Assembly (NCBI GenBank): GCA_030390025.1
Contig: CM059432.1
Coordinates: 57,724,001 to 57,788,000, forward strand
DNA: 64,000 nt
Source: Squalus acanthias
Taxonomy: Eukaryota
Direction of reading: 5' to 3'
Under the pieces are notes generated by a model. That model did no database searches, was not told the DNA's origin, and saw only the letters and a program-made list of their open reading frames with translations. The position numbers and the translations under genes are program-made. Of this stretch, positions 49,425 through 61,171 are shown piece by piece (the stretch's first letter is position 1; each line of letters starts with the position of its first letter).

Positions 49425-50315
49425 GTATTAAAAACAGAAAATGTTGGAAATACTCAGGTCAGACAGCATCTGTGGAGAGAAACAGAGTTAACGTTTCAGG
49501 TTGGTGACCTTTCATCAGAACTGGAAAATTTAACAGGAGATGTAACAGTTTTTAAGCAAGTGTAGAGCCAGAGAGAGGGGAGGAAAGAACAAAAGGAAAG
49601 GTCTCTGATAGGGTGGAAGGCAGGAGTGATTAAAAGGCAAAAGGGGATGGTAATGTGACAAGTAAAGAAACAAAAGATGTGTCTAGAGGAGCTGTAAATG
49701 GCGACAGCAGCACCATTACCAGCACCTGCTGTCCGAAAAAATGAGAGCAGTGATTATGATCTGAAATTGTTGAACTCGGTGTTGAATCTGGAAGGCTGTA
49801 AAATGCCTAATCAAAAGTTGAGGTGCTGTTCCTCGAGCTTCTGTTGAGCTTCATTAGAACAGTTGTAGGAGGCTGAGGACAGAGAGGGAATGGGGTGGAG
49901 AATTAAAATGGCAAGCGACCAGAAGCTCAGGGTCACGCTTGCATACTGAACAGTGGTGTTCAGCAAAGCGATCACCCAATCTGCATTTGGTCTCCCAAAT
50001 GTAGAGAAGACCGCATCGTGAGCAGCGAATATAGTATACTAAATTGAAAGAAGTACAAGTAAATCACTGTTTCACCTGGAAGGAATGTTTGGGGCCCTGG
50101 ATGGTGGGAAGGGAGGAGGTGAAAGCCCCTTTTTCCTGGCTCTGCACATGCTTAAAAACTGTTACATCTCTAACATTTTCCAGTTTGGATGATAGGTCAC
50201 CGATCTCAAAAGTTAACACTGTTTCTCTCTCCACAGATACTGCCTGACCTGCTGAGTATCTCCAGCATTTTTTATTTTTATTTCAGATTTCCAGCATCTA
50301 CAGTATTTTGCTTTT
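49425..50315 (-). mobile_element. Truncated Penelope-like element with inverted pLTR and 11-bp TSD
   Basis: GIY-YIG C-terminal remnant on the minus strand (about 49760-50120); inverted terminal copies about 49430-49580 and 50125-50280; GTATGACTTGT at 49414-49424 and 50316-50326. Confidence 0.88.
49486..49522 (-). ncRNA. Minimal hammerhead ribozyme motif with intact core in Penelope pLTR
   Basis: Minus strand AGTT-CTGATGA-A-AGGT-CACCA-ACCT-GAAACGTT-AACT: stem I AGTT/AACT, CUGAUGA and GAAA core, palindromic AACGTT stem III. Confidence 0.68.
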
Positions 50316-50611
50316 GTATGACTTGTATGTCAGGTCCTGACCTGACCTCTGAGTGCACTAAAGCAAAATGGTGCAAGACGGACTCTGAAATGGCTCTCAC
50401 CAACTCCTCCGGTTTGCATCGGCTGTAGTATAACATCCGACTGCTGTGAAATTAAATTTCAAAAATGCCCAGACATCTTGGGAATTTTCAAAAGTTTCAA
50501 TAGAATGTTTTTAATTTTGAGAAAGTGGGCACTCATTAACAGTGAAATTAAAAATAAACTTATTTGCAAAGTGGAATTCTGCACATGCAATATATAAGGG
50601 TCTTCCATTCG

Positions 50612-50715
50612 TAAGAAAGACTTGCATTTATATAGCGCCTTTCACAACCTCAGGACATCCCAAAGTGCTTTACAGCCAATGAAGTACTTTTTGAAGTGTA
50701 ATCACTGTTGTAATT
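50612..50715 (-). mobile_element. SINE 3' tail fragment
   Basis: aagaaagacttgcatttatatagcgcctttcacaacctcaggac is the reverse complement of 34380-34425. Confidence 0.7.
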
Positions 50716-51579
50716 TAACTACATGCAGTGCAGCTAGTAGATACTGGTTACAGGTTGTTAACTGCAGTATAGCTGCAGACTGAGAATTTGCTAAAATACC
50801 ATTACTTTGTCCAATAGGAAAAGATACAAATGGGATGAAAAATCAAAATTACTTAGAATTTTAAAAGCTCTTTAAACTCAAACAGCTCTTATTAAAGATA
50901 CAAGTAGTTCCAGGAAGCTGGTGAATAACTTTCAGGTTACTGGTTGTAGCAGAAGTCTCCCAAGAATGTTTTCCATGTAGGCAAACATTTTTTTAAAGTT
51001 GTGATTTGCCAGTTCAAATAGCAACAATGAGCTCAAAGGCGGATATTCTAAACCATTTAAGTGAACCAATTGAATACCAAGGGAAGATTCTTCATTTAAA
51101 AAAAAAACTAGCCTGCCCATTATGGAAAAAAAATCCAATGTCTGATTACTTATGATGTTTGGTTGAGTTTTAATCTTATAATGTAAATATGCCCAATATT
51201 ATCCTCTTTAGGGAATAAATACACTGTGACACCGAACATTATGAATTTATCGGCAGTCTTTCAAAAAGATCCTGTTAAAATGCCTATTGGACAGGAACAA
51301 TATCACCCATTGCTATGTTTAAGTCAGGAAGAGAGAAACAGGGATTGGCATTTTGGCCCATTGAGCCTGTTCTGCTATTTTGTTAGCTCTTTATAATCAC
51401 AATTCCCTGTGCTTTCTCCATATCCCTTAATACCATAACTTCCCAAATATCTACCGCCCTTTTCAGCACCTCATTCTCACAACTCTTTGTGTGAAGAAAG
51501 CTTTGAACTGGCTTAGTTCTAATTTTAAGATTATATCTGAATGTTCCTCACTCCCCTACTAGAGAGAAGAGTCATCCAA

Positions 51580-51905
51580 GTACCATGCCAAGTTTCTCAC
51601 AGTGATACCTTCACTGCTTTCCTCCTTCAGCCTCTGCACTGAGCGACTTCTAATCCTTGGTGATTTCAACCTGCATCTCAACTCCTCATACCCTCTCTCC
51701 TCTGAGCTCACTGCCCTCCTATTCTCCTTTAATCTCTCCCTCCACATAAACTTTACAACCCATATTCACGACCACCCACTCAACCTTGCCATCTCACGTG
51801 GCCTCTCTACTCTCATCGTGTCAATCACAAATAAAGCCATCTCTGATCACTTCTTTGTATCCCTCTCCGCTCACATCACACTTCCCCCTCCCAACCTATG
51901 TTCCC
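51580..51905 (+). mobile_element. L2-like LINE endonuclease fragment
   Basis: ORF 51602-51910 with LILGDFNLH, THIHDHPLNL and ISDHF APE motifs. Confidence 0.75.
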
Positions 51906-52077
51906 TCTAAGATGCGCAGCCATGCACGGATCTGTAAGCTCCTGCGCACTTAAATTCACACGCAGTGAGCTGGACAGCTGGAGTGGCGGGGTGGGGGGAG
52001 CCCAATACTGAACAAGCAGGAAAAAGTCATAGCACTGAGAAAATGGCCCGGGAACCTCACAGAGCCGATCCGTATTG

Positions 52078-52446
52078 GGCTATCCACTGAAGACGTGGCT
52101 CATGACACCCTTGAGGAGGCCAAGTACTAAGGCCGAGGAGAGATATAATGAAAGCCACATTTTCACCAGATGTGTCATAGAGCAGACAATATGCATGCTG
52201 AAAATGCGCTTCAGATGCCTTAACAGATCTGGAGGAGTCCTTCAGTAGGCATCAGCCAGGGTCTCCAGAATCGTCGTGGTCTGCTGTGCCCTGCACAACA
52301 TAGCACAGCAGCGAGGATTAGCGCAGCAAGGGTCTGAGCACACAGCCTCTTCAGAGGAGGAGCAGGAGGAACCTGCGCTCCAAATTCCACCAGCACCTGA
52401 GCACATTGCTGCCAGGGATGGCCTCGCCATGGCCAGATTTACTTAA
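52078..52446 (+). pseudogene. Harbinger (HARBI1-like, DDE_Tnp_4) transposase C-terminal remnant
   Basis: [79 protein letters not shown], one in-frame stop. Confidence 0.88.
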
Positions 52447-52692
52447 CTTCACTCATTACACCCATATGGCTGCCACATGCTGTGCCAGGTTCGCACCACC
52501 CCACAGCAACACCATAAAGCATCCCTACAATGACCAAGCCATTCCTTTCACACTGACCACCATTGCTGGAGATAACGTTATGTCTGACCGTTCACTGCAA
52601 CTCACTAAGCCGCTTCCAAAGTGTGTCACAAATTTGTCCATGACCGGAAAGTGGTGAAAATTGTAGAAGCACGCGTAAGAGAAAGATGAAAC

Positions 52693-54451
52693 TCAAGTAG
52701 ATGCACAAGGGTAGCCACTTGGGTGTTTTAATAAATGTTTCTGTAAAGTTTCCATTGCTGTGATGTCACACAGAGGCAGCCTGCTCACTTCCCTGCTGCG
52801 ACTGCATAGATACTTTTGGCAGACGTCCTCTGGGTTTTGGAGCCTGTGATGGCTCCGCCGAAGTCTGACCTGAGTGGGGGGTAACGGGGGAGAAGTGTGA
52901 GCGCTTTCAGCGGAGCCCCCACTTCCATGTCCCGTCTCGCCATCATCCCTGTCATGGGCCACCCACACTTCCCTGCTAGCAAGGAGTTGGAGAGCACCTT
53001 GCTGCACAGCATTGGGTCCATGAGGATCCACGTCTACGTTGACATCCCTCCTAGAGAGGAGGTCTATGAGCGTCTGCCATCTATTCTCCATAGATAGCCA
53101 TCTATTCTTAATAGAGACCATGTGCTCCTGTGAGTGGCGCATTAGCTGCTCCATGCAGGTGGCCATCCTTTCCATGGAAGAGCCCTGCGACACGGTGATG
53201 CGCATGTTGGAGATGGACTCCTCCATTCTTTGCTCATTTGCTGACATCACGCTCACAAAACCTGTCAAAGCCTCCTGTACTTCTTGCTGCACCTCCAGGA
53301 TCGCCCTCTTTCTGGATGAGAGCGTCCTGTGTCCTCCGCCGAGGAGTCTCCACTGCTGTCCCTGTCTCCTCCATCTGCTCTTGCTCACTTGTGAGTTGTG
53401 AGACATCAGGTGACAACACTACTCTATCTCGCTTTGCACCCACCGAGGTGTGCATATCTGCGCTGGTGCTGGGTGCGCTTAGGTCTGGTGACGGTGCACC
53501 CTCAGAGACTGGAGGGTCATGCGAGGAGCTGTCTTGGTCTTCATCGTGGACAGTGGGGGTGGGGGGGTGCTCTTGATGGACCTGTGGGAGAGTAAAGAGG
53601 TGAATTAGATATGGCATATGAAGAATGGGTACAGATACCATTATGCACATGATGAACATTCACTGGCTGCTGATAGCAGTCCCCATATGAGTGATTACAG
53701 TATGCCATGTGGCTGTATGAGGTGTAATTCTGTCACCAGGTTGCTGAGATGTCCCCCTCTCTCCATCTCCCACCTCCTCTGCGACTCCAGACACTTCCAA
53801 GGCAATCTCCTCTGCTGCTGTTAAGGTGGCCAATGATGAAGGGCCTCTCCCTCTCCCTCTTATTGTGAGCTCTCTTTTCCTGCAAGGAGGGAAAGAAGAG
53901 AAGGTTGAGTGAGAGTGATGGAATGAGTGTAAGGAATGGATGGGTTACATCTGTAGAGGGAGACTATGATGGAGTGGGGTGGCAATGCCAAGTGGCCTCC
54001 TTGTGTGTTGTTAGTTGGTATGATTGCATTAGGATGAGGGTGAGTGAGAGAGTGGCTAGTCAGATGTGATGATATAGATAGAGAGAGAGGGGGATGGGTG
54101 GATGTGCAAGGTATGTTGGTGTGAGCAAGGACGTGCAGGAATAGGGTTGGGAAGGCAGAGTGATGGGGATCTGATGAGAGGCACAGCAGGATGAAGTTGA
54201 GTGTGGCTTTGCACTTGCCTTTCCTGATCTAATGAGATCATTGAAATGCTTGCGGCACTGCACCCAGGTCCTCCTCACAACATCCCTGCTGTTGACCTCC
54301 TCTGCAATTTGCAGTCAGGCTCCTTTGGTCTGTTGGGGCGGTCTCTTCCGCTGATTAGAAGAGAACCTCCCTGTATGTTCTCATTCCCTCCAAGCATATG
54401 GAGGGAGTCATCTGAGAACCTGGGTGCAGCTCTCTGTCTCTGTGCAGTCAT
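52693..54451 (-). pseudogene. Spliced Myb/SANT-like DNA-binding gene remnant of the Harbinger element
   Basis: Putative exons about 54451-54219 (MTAQRQRAAPRFSDDSL...RRTWVQCRKHFNDLIRSGK, GC donor), 53879-53737 (EKRAHNKRER) and 53581-52693; frameshifted. Confidence 0.7.
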
Positions 54452-54566
54452 GTTTAAAATTCTTTATAACACTCCAATGGTGCAGTGCCTGCACTATCCT
54501 AGATGAACTTTCAAATGCAATGTGGCCATGACTCGTTTAAATATCCCGGCTGAAGGCACGTCATCG

Positions 54567-55776
54567 GTACTGGACCTAATTCCAGGGAATGTAGCCGGGC
54601 AAGTGGTAGAAGTATCAGTAGGAGAGCATTTTGGTGACCGTGACCATAATTCGGTGAGATTTAAGGTAGTCATGGAAAAGGACAAAGATGGACCGGAAAT
54701 AAAGGTTCTAAATTGGGGGAAGGCCGATTTTAATATGATAAGGCAGGATCTGGCCAAAGTGGACTGGGATCAGCTACTTGTAGGAAAATCCACATCAGAG
54801 CAGTGGGAGTCATTCAGAAAGAAAATAGAGAGAGTACAGCGCCAACATGTTCCCGTAAAGGTCAAGGGTGGGACCAACAAGTCCAGGGAACCCTGGATGT
54901 CAAGGGATATACAAGAATGGATTAGGGAAAAAAAGGGAGGCTTTTGGCAGATACAAAGGACTAAAAACAGTGGAAGCCCTAGAGGAGTATAGAAAGTGCA
55001 GGGGGGTACTTAAAAAAGAAATTAGGAGAGCGAAGAGGGGGCATGAAAAAGCACTGGCGGGCAAAATAAAGGAAAATCCCAAGGTGTTTTATAAGTATAT
55101 TAAGGGCAAGAGGATAACCAGGGAAAGCGTAGGGGCCATTAGGGACCAAAGTGGCAATCTGTGTGTAGAGCCGGAAGATGTAGGTGAGGTTTTAAATGAA
55201 TATTTTGCATCTGTGTTCACTATGGAGAAGGACGATGTAGGCATAGAAATCGGGCAGGGGGATTGTGATATACTTGAACAAATTAGCATTGAGAGGGAGG
55301 AGGTACTAGCGGTTTTAGCGGGCTTAAAAGTGGATAAATCTCCAGGCCCAGACAAGATGTATCCCAGGCTGCTGTGTGAGGCAAGGGAGGAGATTGCAGG
55401 GGCTCTGACACAAATTTTCAGAACCTCTCTGGCCACAGGGGAGGTGCTGGAGGACAGCTAACGTAGTACCATTATTCAAGAAGAAGGGTAGTAGGGATAA
55501 ACCAGGGAAATACAGGCCAGTGAGCCTAACATCAGTGGTAGGGAAATTATTGGAAAAAATTCTGAGGGACAGAATTAGTCTCCACTTGGAGAGGCAAGGA
55601 TTAATCAAGGATAGTCAGCATGGCTTTGTCAGGGGGAAATCATGTCTGACCAATTTGATTGAATTTTTCGAGGGGGTGACTAGGTGTGTGGATGAGGGTA
55701 GTGCAGTTGATGTAGTCAGCATGGCTTTGTCAGGGGGAGATCATGTCTAACCAATTTGATTGAATTTGACTCTATG
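54567..55776 (+). mobile_element. CR1 ORF2 fragment inserted in the Harbinger element
   Basis: LDLIPGN, GDRDHNSVRF, LNEYFASVFT, KSPGPD, SLTSVVGK, CLTNLIEFFE; ends in gactctatga. Confidence 0.9.
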
Positions 55777-56008
55777 ACGTCATCAGACCCGCACCATTTA
55801 ATAGGGCCGGGTAACACGCAGGGCTGCCTTAATGGGCGCCATTAACGGAATGTCGATCTCAGGAGCGGGATGGAATCAGGAATGGGGTCGCGACCCGCCA
55901 CGGCGACTGCCCGCACCCGACCCACCCAGGTGCAGAAAATTCCGGCCATGGTGTATGGTTCCATGCAAAATTTGCTGATGGTTTCTGTTTAATGCCATTG
56001 CTTCACAG

Positions 56009-56152
56009 ATACTTTCTACAGTACAATTGGTTGTCACCCCACACGCTGTGGAGAATTTGAGCAGAATAATCCAGAGCAGTACCTGATGGATCTGAAAACA
56101 CTGGCCTCAGAGAACAAAGGGAAAGTGGTGGCCATTGGGGAGTGTGGCTTAG
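56009..56152 (+). CDS. TATDN1: TATDN1 coding exon 5 ([48 protein letters not shown])
   Basis: cacag acceptor, GTAAGT donor, 144 nt; contains GCHP and the TatD motif AIGECGL(D). Confidence 0.97.
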
Positions 56153-56330
56153 GTAAGTTTAAAATATTATGCCTGTTATGTTATAGGGTTGTTTTTGCGC
56201 TATTTTCTAATGGAAACAGCCTGATCGCAGTATCTGTATGTGGACCGTATATGAGACTTATGATTAATACTAACTTATTGATAGCTCCCAAATGTTACTT
56301 ACTGTTCCTTGTTATTTTTACTTTTTGTAG

Positions 56331-56373
56331 ATTTTGACAGATTGGAATTCTGTCCTAAAGAGATTCAACTAAA
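56331..56373 (+). CDS. TATDN1: TATDN1 coding exon 6 ([15 protein letters not shown])
   Basis: tttgtag acceptor, GTAAGT donor, 43 nt; matches human DFDRLQFCPKDTQLK. Confidence 0.96.
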
Positions 56374-56998
56374 GTAAGTATTTCTTTTCCATTTCTTCCC
56401 GCAGTCTACGTAAGCCACAGACATCTTGTTCTCAGCCAAAATTCCTTTCTGAGCCATAGACTGGAAGCACATACTGGTGGCTGGAAATGGCTGCCCCTCT
56501 GTTACCCCATCTCCCCACCCTCATCACAGGAAAGCTGAGATTAGAAATTCAGTGGTGTGGTGAACTGATTCTGTGTCTTCCTACTGTTGTGCAGTGTGTC
56601 GGTGTTACAACAGAGCTGCCAGTAGTACTGTTATAATTTAATCATTTTTTTTTTCTGAAATGAACTCGCTGTAGTTCACTGAACACTCCAGCACGGGTAA
56701 CCATCTAATCCTAGCTAATGTTCCTACAAAGATAGTAATGGCCAAATGATAGTTAGAAAGTAATGAGAAGTTTCTGTGCTCAGAAATAGCAATTGCTTGT
56801 GGAAGTCTTTTAAACAATTTGTTATGTCTGTTTTTAAATTGTTTTCTCGTGCATGTTATTTCTGATGATGTGCAGTTAGCCTATTGGCCTCAGTAATGAA
56901 ATTGTGCAGATTTCTTTCAGAAAGGTATGATGTAAGTGGCCTCAGTTCTCTGATTTTATCTTTTATTTGCATTTGCAATTTCACTGTTTTATGATATT

Positions 56999-57719
56999 GG
57001 CCTAGAAATTCGAGTGGCCGGCTTGCCGCGGGGGTAAGGATCGCGCGCGCTCTTACCCACTGCGCCTGCCGTTGTGTTTCGGGCCCACAGGAACTTCGGG
57101 TCCTGGGCCTCTCCCAACTGCCGGCGCGCAGTGCTTGCGTGTTCCAGGGGCGCAGTTAGTGCGATGCGACCCCTGGGATCACGTGGGCCATGGAGAGCCA
57201 ATGGCAGCAGACCATCTTTCATTCATAGATTTGACAGGAGACCTGTCAAATCTGTGAATTGAAATCGGCCCCAAAAGAACAGCTAAACCTCAAATAAATT
57301 TTTTTTAAAAACCATCACATTAATAAAATAACTATAGTTAAATAAATTAACCACTTTAAACAAAAATTTACATTTTTGAAAAAATTAAAATACTTTTTAA
57401 AAGTTATAAAAATAAACTTACCTTTCTTTAAAGTCTCTAAAAAAGATAAACCTGTTGAAAAATTTTAAAATTATACTTAATTAACTACTTACCTTGTTCA
57501 AAAGGGGTCTTACGCCTCCTTTTTACTAGCGTAGATTCTTCAATACTTACCCTCGCGTTGAAACCTGAAAAAAAACCTAAGTGTGCTGCGTGCGCGCAGC
57601 CTCTAGCGCGCACGCGGTTCACCTAGGAACCGCCTCCTTCGCCGTGCATGCAGGAAACCGGCACTTCGGGAATGAATACGCAGTCCGTACTCACCCGAGA
57701 ACGGCCGAATTTTTGGGCC
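56999..57719 (+). mobile_element. Harbinger-type MITE family A, copy 3
   Basis: Ends GGCCTAGAAATTCG and CGAATTTTTGGGCC; flanks ATT and AAT; collinear with copy 1, slightly more diverged, lacks the ETS palindrome. Confidence 0.92.
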
Positions 57720-58611
57720 AATATATTCTGCTGGATGATGCAACAACTTCAACTCCATTTGTCAAGAACTTGCATTGACGCTTTTTTAAAAATGAAGGCC
57801 GTTGATCTAGAATTGTTAAAGGTCAATGGTAAACCTTGTGTAGATCTTGGCCAGGTTTAACAGCACATGATGACTTTTGATTAAACGCGACTACAGAAAA
57901 GTAGGTTGTCACTGGATTTGTTGGCCACCATTAATTTCAAGAAATAAAATCAAGATATCCCTTTTATAAATCATTATCACTTGGCACACCAAGTACATAT
58001 TCTTTACTGAGTTAAATAAATTAATAATAAATTAAGTTACCATGCCAAATTTTAGATAAATCATAGCTCTGTGATATGCAAAACAGGTTGGTTAAGAGGA
58101 TAATTTAAGGCAGAAATGCAATGTTGTAACTAAAGATGTGAAACATAGATCACTAGCTCTTATGTGGAAAAAGTATTCCCTTCATCTTAGTCAGAATTTC
58201 TTATATACAGTGATTACTGCTGAGCAGTAATAGCAATCATTCTGATTGGATAAATGAATTGCTATTAACTGTCCATTCTGACATCAAGACGTTATTACTT
58301 CCTAACCCTGGCTATTTTCCACGTGTGTATAGTGCAAAATCCAAGCACTTGCTTCATATTAAGCCTACGTGATCAGAGATATTGGCCTCCGCTTTCTGTT
58401 TCTGTTCCTCCTCCGTCCCATTCATTGGGAGCATCTTTTTCTTCTAGCGCCCAGCTCAAAACAACTTCCCAAAAACCCTAGGTTATATCAAAGTTTTCTG
58501 TCATATCATTGAATAGCATAGGTAAGTTGACATTGAGACCTTAATTGGCTGCTTTTTTTTCATGTGAACTGTTTAGTATTGAAAATAATGCGCATATACT
58601 TTCTCTTTCAG

Positions 58612-58697
58612 ATACTTTAACAAGCAGTTTGACTTGGCAGAAGAAACTAAATTGCCCATGTTTCTACACTGCAGAAATTCACATCCAGAATTTTTAG
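58612..58697 (+). CDS. TATDN1: TATDN1 coding exon 7 ([28 protein letters not shown])
   Basis: tttcag acceptor, GTATGA donor, 86 nt; conserved LPMFLHCR motif. Later exons lie beyond the window. Confidence 0.96.
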
Positions 58698-59604
58698 GTA
58701 TGATTGTAATGAGATGACACCGTTTCTGTCAAAATACTAAATCAGGTTCTCCAATGGATAAATGCTTCACGTAGTGTAATACTGGTCCTTGCATACTAGA
58801 AAAGTTCTAGTTTGATGAGTTAGCTGATCTCAACTGGGGAAAGAGTGGGATATGCTACAATTGACTCCGTGCCCTCCAAGTATAGAGAGGGGAAATGTCA
58901 GCTATGCTTCCCACCCTCAAGTGCTTGCTGACACTCCTGCTGGGCATGTGTGTGGATGTTGGTTGCTGGCAGGGAGCAGGCTTGGCTATGGTGATGAAAA
59001 AGTCCACTATTGTTTCAGCAACGAATGAAATTCATCTTTCTCTGAAATTTTCTGAGTGTGTTGCAGCATGCAATAAGTGTTATACTTAGTTTTTTTTTAG
59101 TATGTATTATAGTAATGGAAATAAGAAACAAAGCTCCCAAAGTGCATCTCTTATACTGTTCCCTTCATTTAGTATCCACATTCTATTAAACTTTCTTCTT
59201 CAGCCAGAGTGGTCGTGGCTTCAATTCTTTATGGCTGCTGCACTTGATTAGTTGACAAGAGTTTCATTTCTGGTGGGTAGTAATCAGTGTTAGATTTAAT
59301 AGCTATCCAATAAAATGTTGATACTCCAACTATAGAGATAATCTAAGGTGTATAAGTTATTTAATGAGAAATCTAATATGTAGAGGAATACAGATATCTG
59401 GGGTAAGAGGTTCAGATGATGTGATTTCTAATCATGACGTGCTTGCACCATTGGATTTACTTTCTTTTGTTTTTAAGTGTGCTGTTAAATTCATTGGGAT
59501 TATTTAATTCCATTTGTTTGCATTTTGGCAGTGGTAGATAACCTAGTCTAGAATCTTGAATGATACTAAGAATAATGGTCATGAAAAAAGGCTCAAAGTT
59601 GTGC

Positions 59605-59835
59605 TCCCATTAGCGCAGAGAAGGTTAGGGAGGATCTAATAGAGGATTTCAAAATTAGGAAAAGTCTTGAAGATAAGTCGTGAAAGGTTGTTTCCATTGC
59701 TTGGTGAATCATTTAAGAAGAGGGCATTAACTCAGGATCATCACCTAGAAGAATGAAGGGGGGAAACTAGAACACATCAAGGGTTATTAAAAGATGGAAC
59801 ACTTTACCACAAATGGCTATTGAGGCAGAGTGTAA
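59605..59835 (+). mobile_element. Old CR1 3' fragment
   Basis: Broken QRRLGRI / LFPLLGES / RWNTLPQMAIEA, a CR1 ORF2 C-terminus. Confidence 0.55.
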
Positions 59836-59844
59836 CATCATATA

Positions 59845-61170
59845 ACAACATAAAAAATAGGAGCAGGAGTAGGCCATACGGCCCCTCGAGCCGGCTCCGC
59901 CATTCAATAAGATTATGGCTGAAATTCTACATCAATTCCACTTTCCTGCCCTATCCCCATATCCCTTGAATCCCTTAGTGCCCAAAAATATATCGATCTT
60001 AGTCTTGAATACACTCATTGACTGAGCATCCACAGCCCTCGGGTAGAGAATTCCAAAGATTCACAACCCTCTGAGTGAAGAAATTTTTCCTCATCTCAGT
60101 CCTAAATGGCTGACCCCCTGTCCTGAGACTATGCCCCCAGTTCTAGACTCATTGCCAGGGGAAACAGCCTCTCAGCATCTACCCTGTCAAGCCCTCCAAG
60201 AATTTTATATGTTTCAATGAGATCATCTCTCATTCTTCTAAACTCCAGAGCATGTAGGCCCATTCTACTCAATCTCTCCTCATAGGACAGCCCTCTCATC
60301 CCAGGAATCAATCTAGTGAACCTTTGTTGCACCCCCTCTAAGGCAAGTGTATCCTCCCTTAGCTAAGGAGACCAAAACTGCACACAGTACTCCAGGTGTG
60401 GTCTCACCAAAGCCCTATAGAATTGCAGCAAGACTTCCTACTTTTATACTCCAACCTCCTTACAATAAAGACTAATGTACCATTTGCCTTCCTAATTGCT
60501 TGCTGTACCTACATGTTAACTTTCTGTGTTTCATGTACAAGGACACCCAAATCCCTCTGAATACCAATATTTATTAGTTGCTCATCTTTTTAAAAAAAAA
60601 AATAATAATTCTGCTTTTTCATTCTTCCTACCAAAGTGGATAATTTCACACTTCCCCACATTATACTTCATCTGCCACCTTCTTGCCCAATCACTTAACC
60701 GGTCTATATCCCTTTTCAGCCTCTTTATGTCCTCCTCACAGCTTACTTTCTCACCTAAATTTGTATTGCCAGCAAACTTGGATATATTACACTTGCTCCT
60801 CTCATCTAAGTTATTGATCTAGTTTGTGAATAGCTGAGGCCCAAGCACTGATCCTTGCGGCACCCCACTAGTTACACCCTGCTATCCTGCAAATGACCCG
60901 TTTATTCCTACTCTCTCATTTCTGTCCGTTAACCAATCCTCAATCCATGCTAATATATTACCCATAATCCACGTGCCCTAATCTTGTGTAACAACCTCTT
61001 CTGTGGCACCTTATCGAATGCCTTCTGAAAATCCAAATATACTACATCCATTGGTTCCCCTTTATCTACCCTGCTAGTTACACCCTCAAAAATGATTTCC
61101 TTTCATAAAACTATGTTGATGCTGCCTAATCATGTTGTGATTTTCCAAGTGCCCTGTTACCACGTTCTTA
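59845..61170 (-). mobile_element. 5'-truncated CR1 LINE
   Basis: Tail near 59845; QQRFTRLIPGMRGLSYEERL ORF; RT region to about 61160. Confidence 0.9.
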
Positions 61171-61171
61171 A

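Larger units (their letters stand above)
51910..55947 (-). mobile_element. Decayed two-gene PIF/Harbinger transposon, one end retained, interrupted by a CR1 fragment
   Basis: Convergent transposase (+) and Myb-like (-) remnants; terminal GAAAATTCCGGCC ending at 55947; subterminal region matches 43674-43960 in reverse. Confidence 0.8.

Noticed and set aside
52078..52446. Host HARBI1 gene
   Set aside because: Truncated, has an in-frame stop, and lies within a transposon relic beside its Myb-like partner.
54558..55785. ACGTCATC on both sides of the CR1 fragment as an 8-bp TSD
   Set aside because: The related uninterrupted element (43836-43865, reverse) already has two such motifs, so the repeat predates the insertion.
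56086..56337. 83-aa [28 protein letters not shown]...
   Set aside because: TATDN1 exon 5 reading into intron 5; likewise 47132-47314 for exon 4 and 33667-33909 for exon 1.
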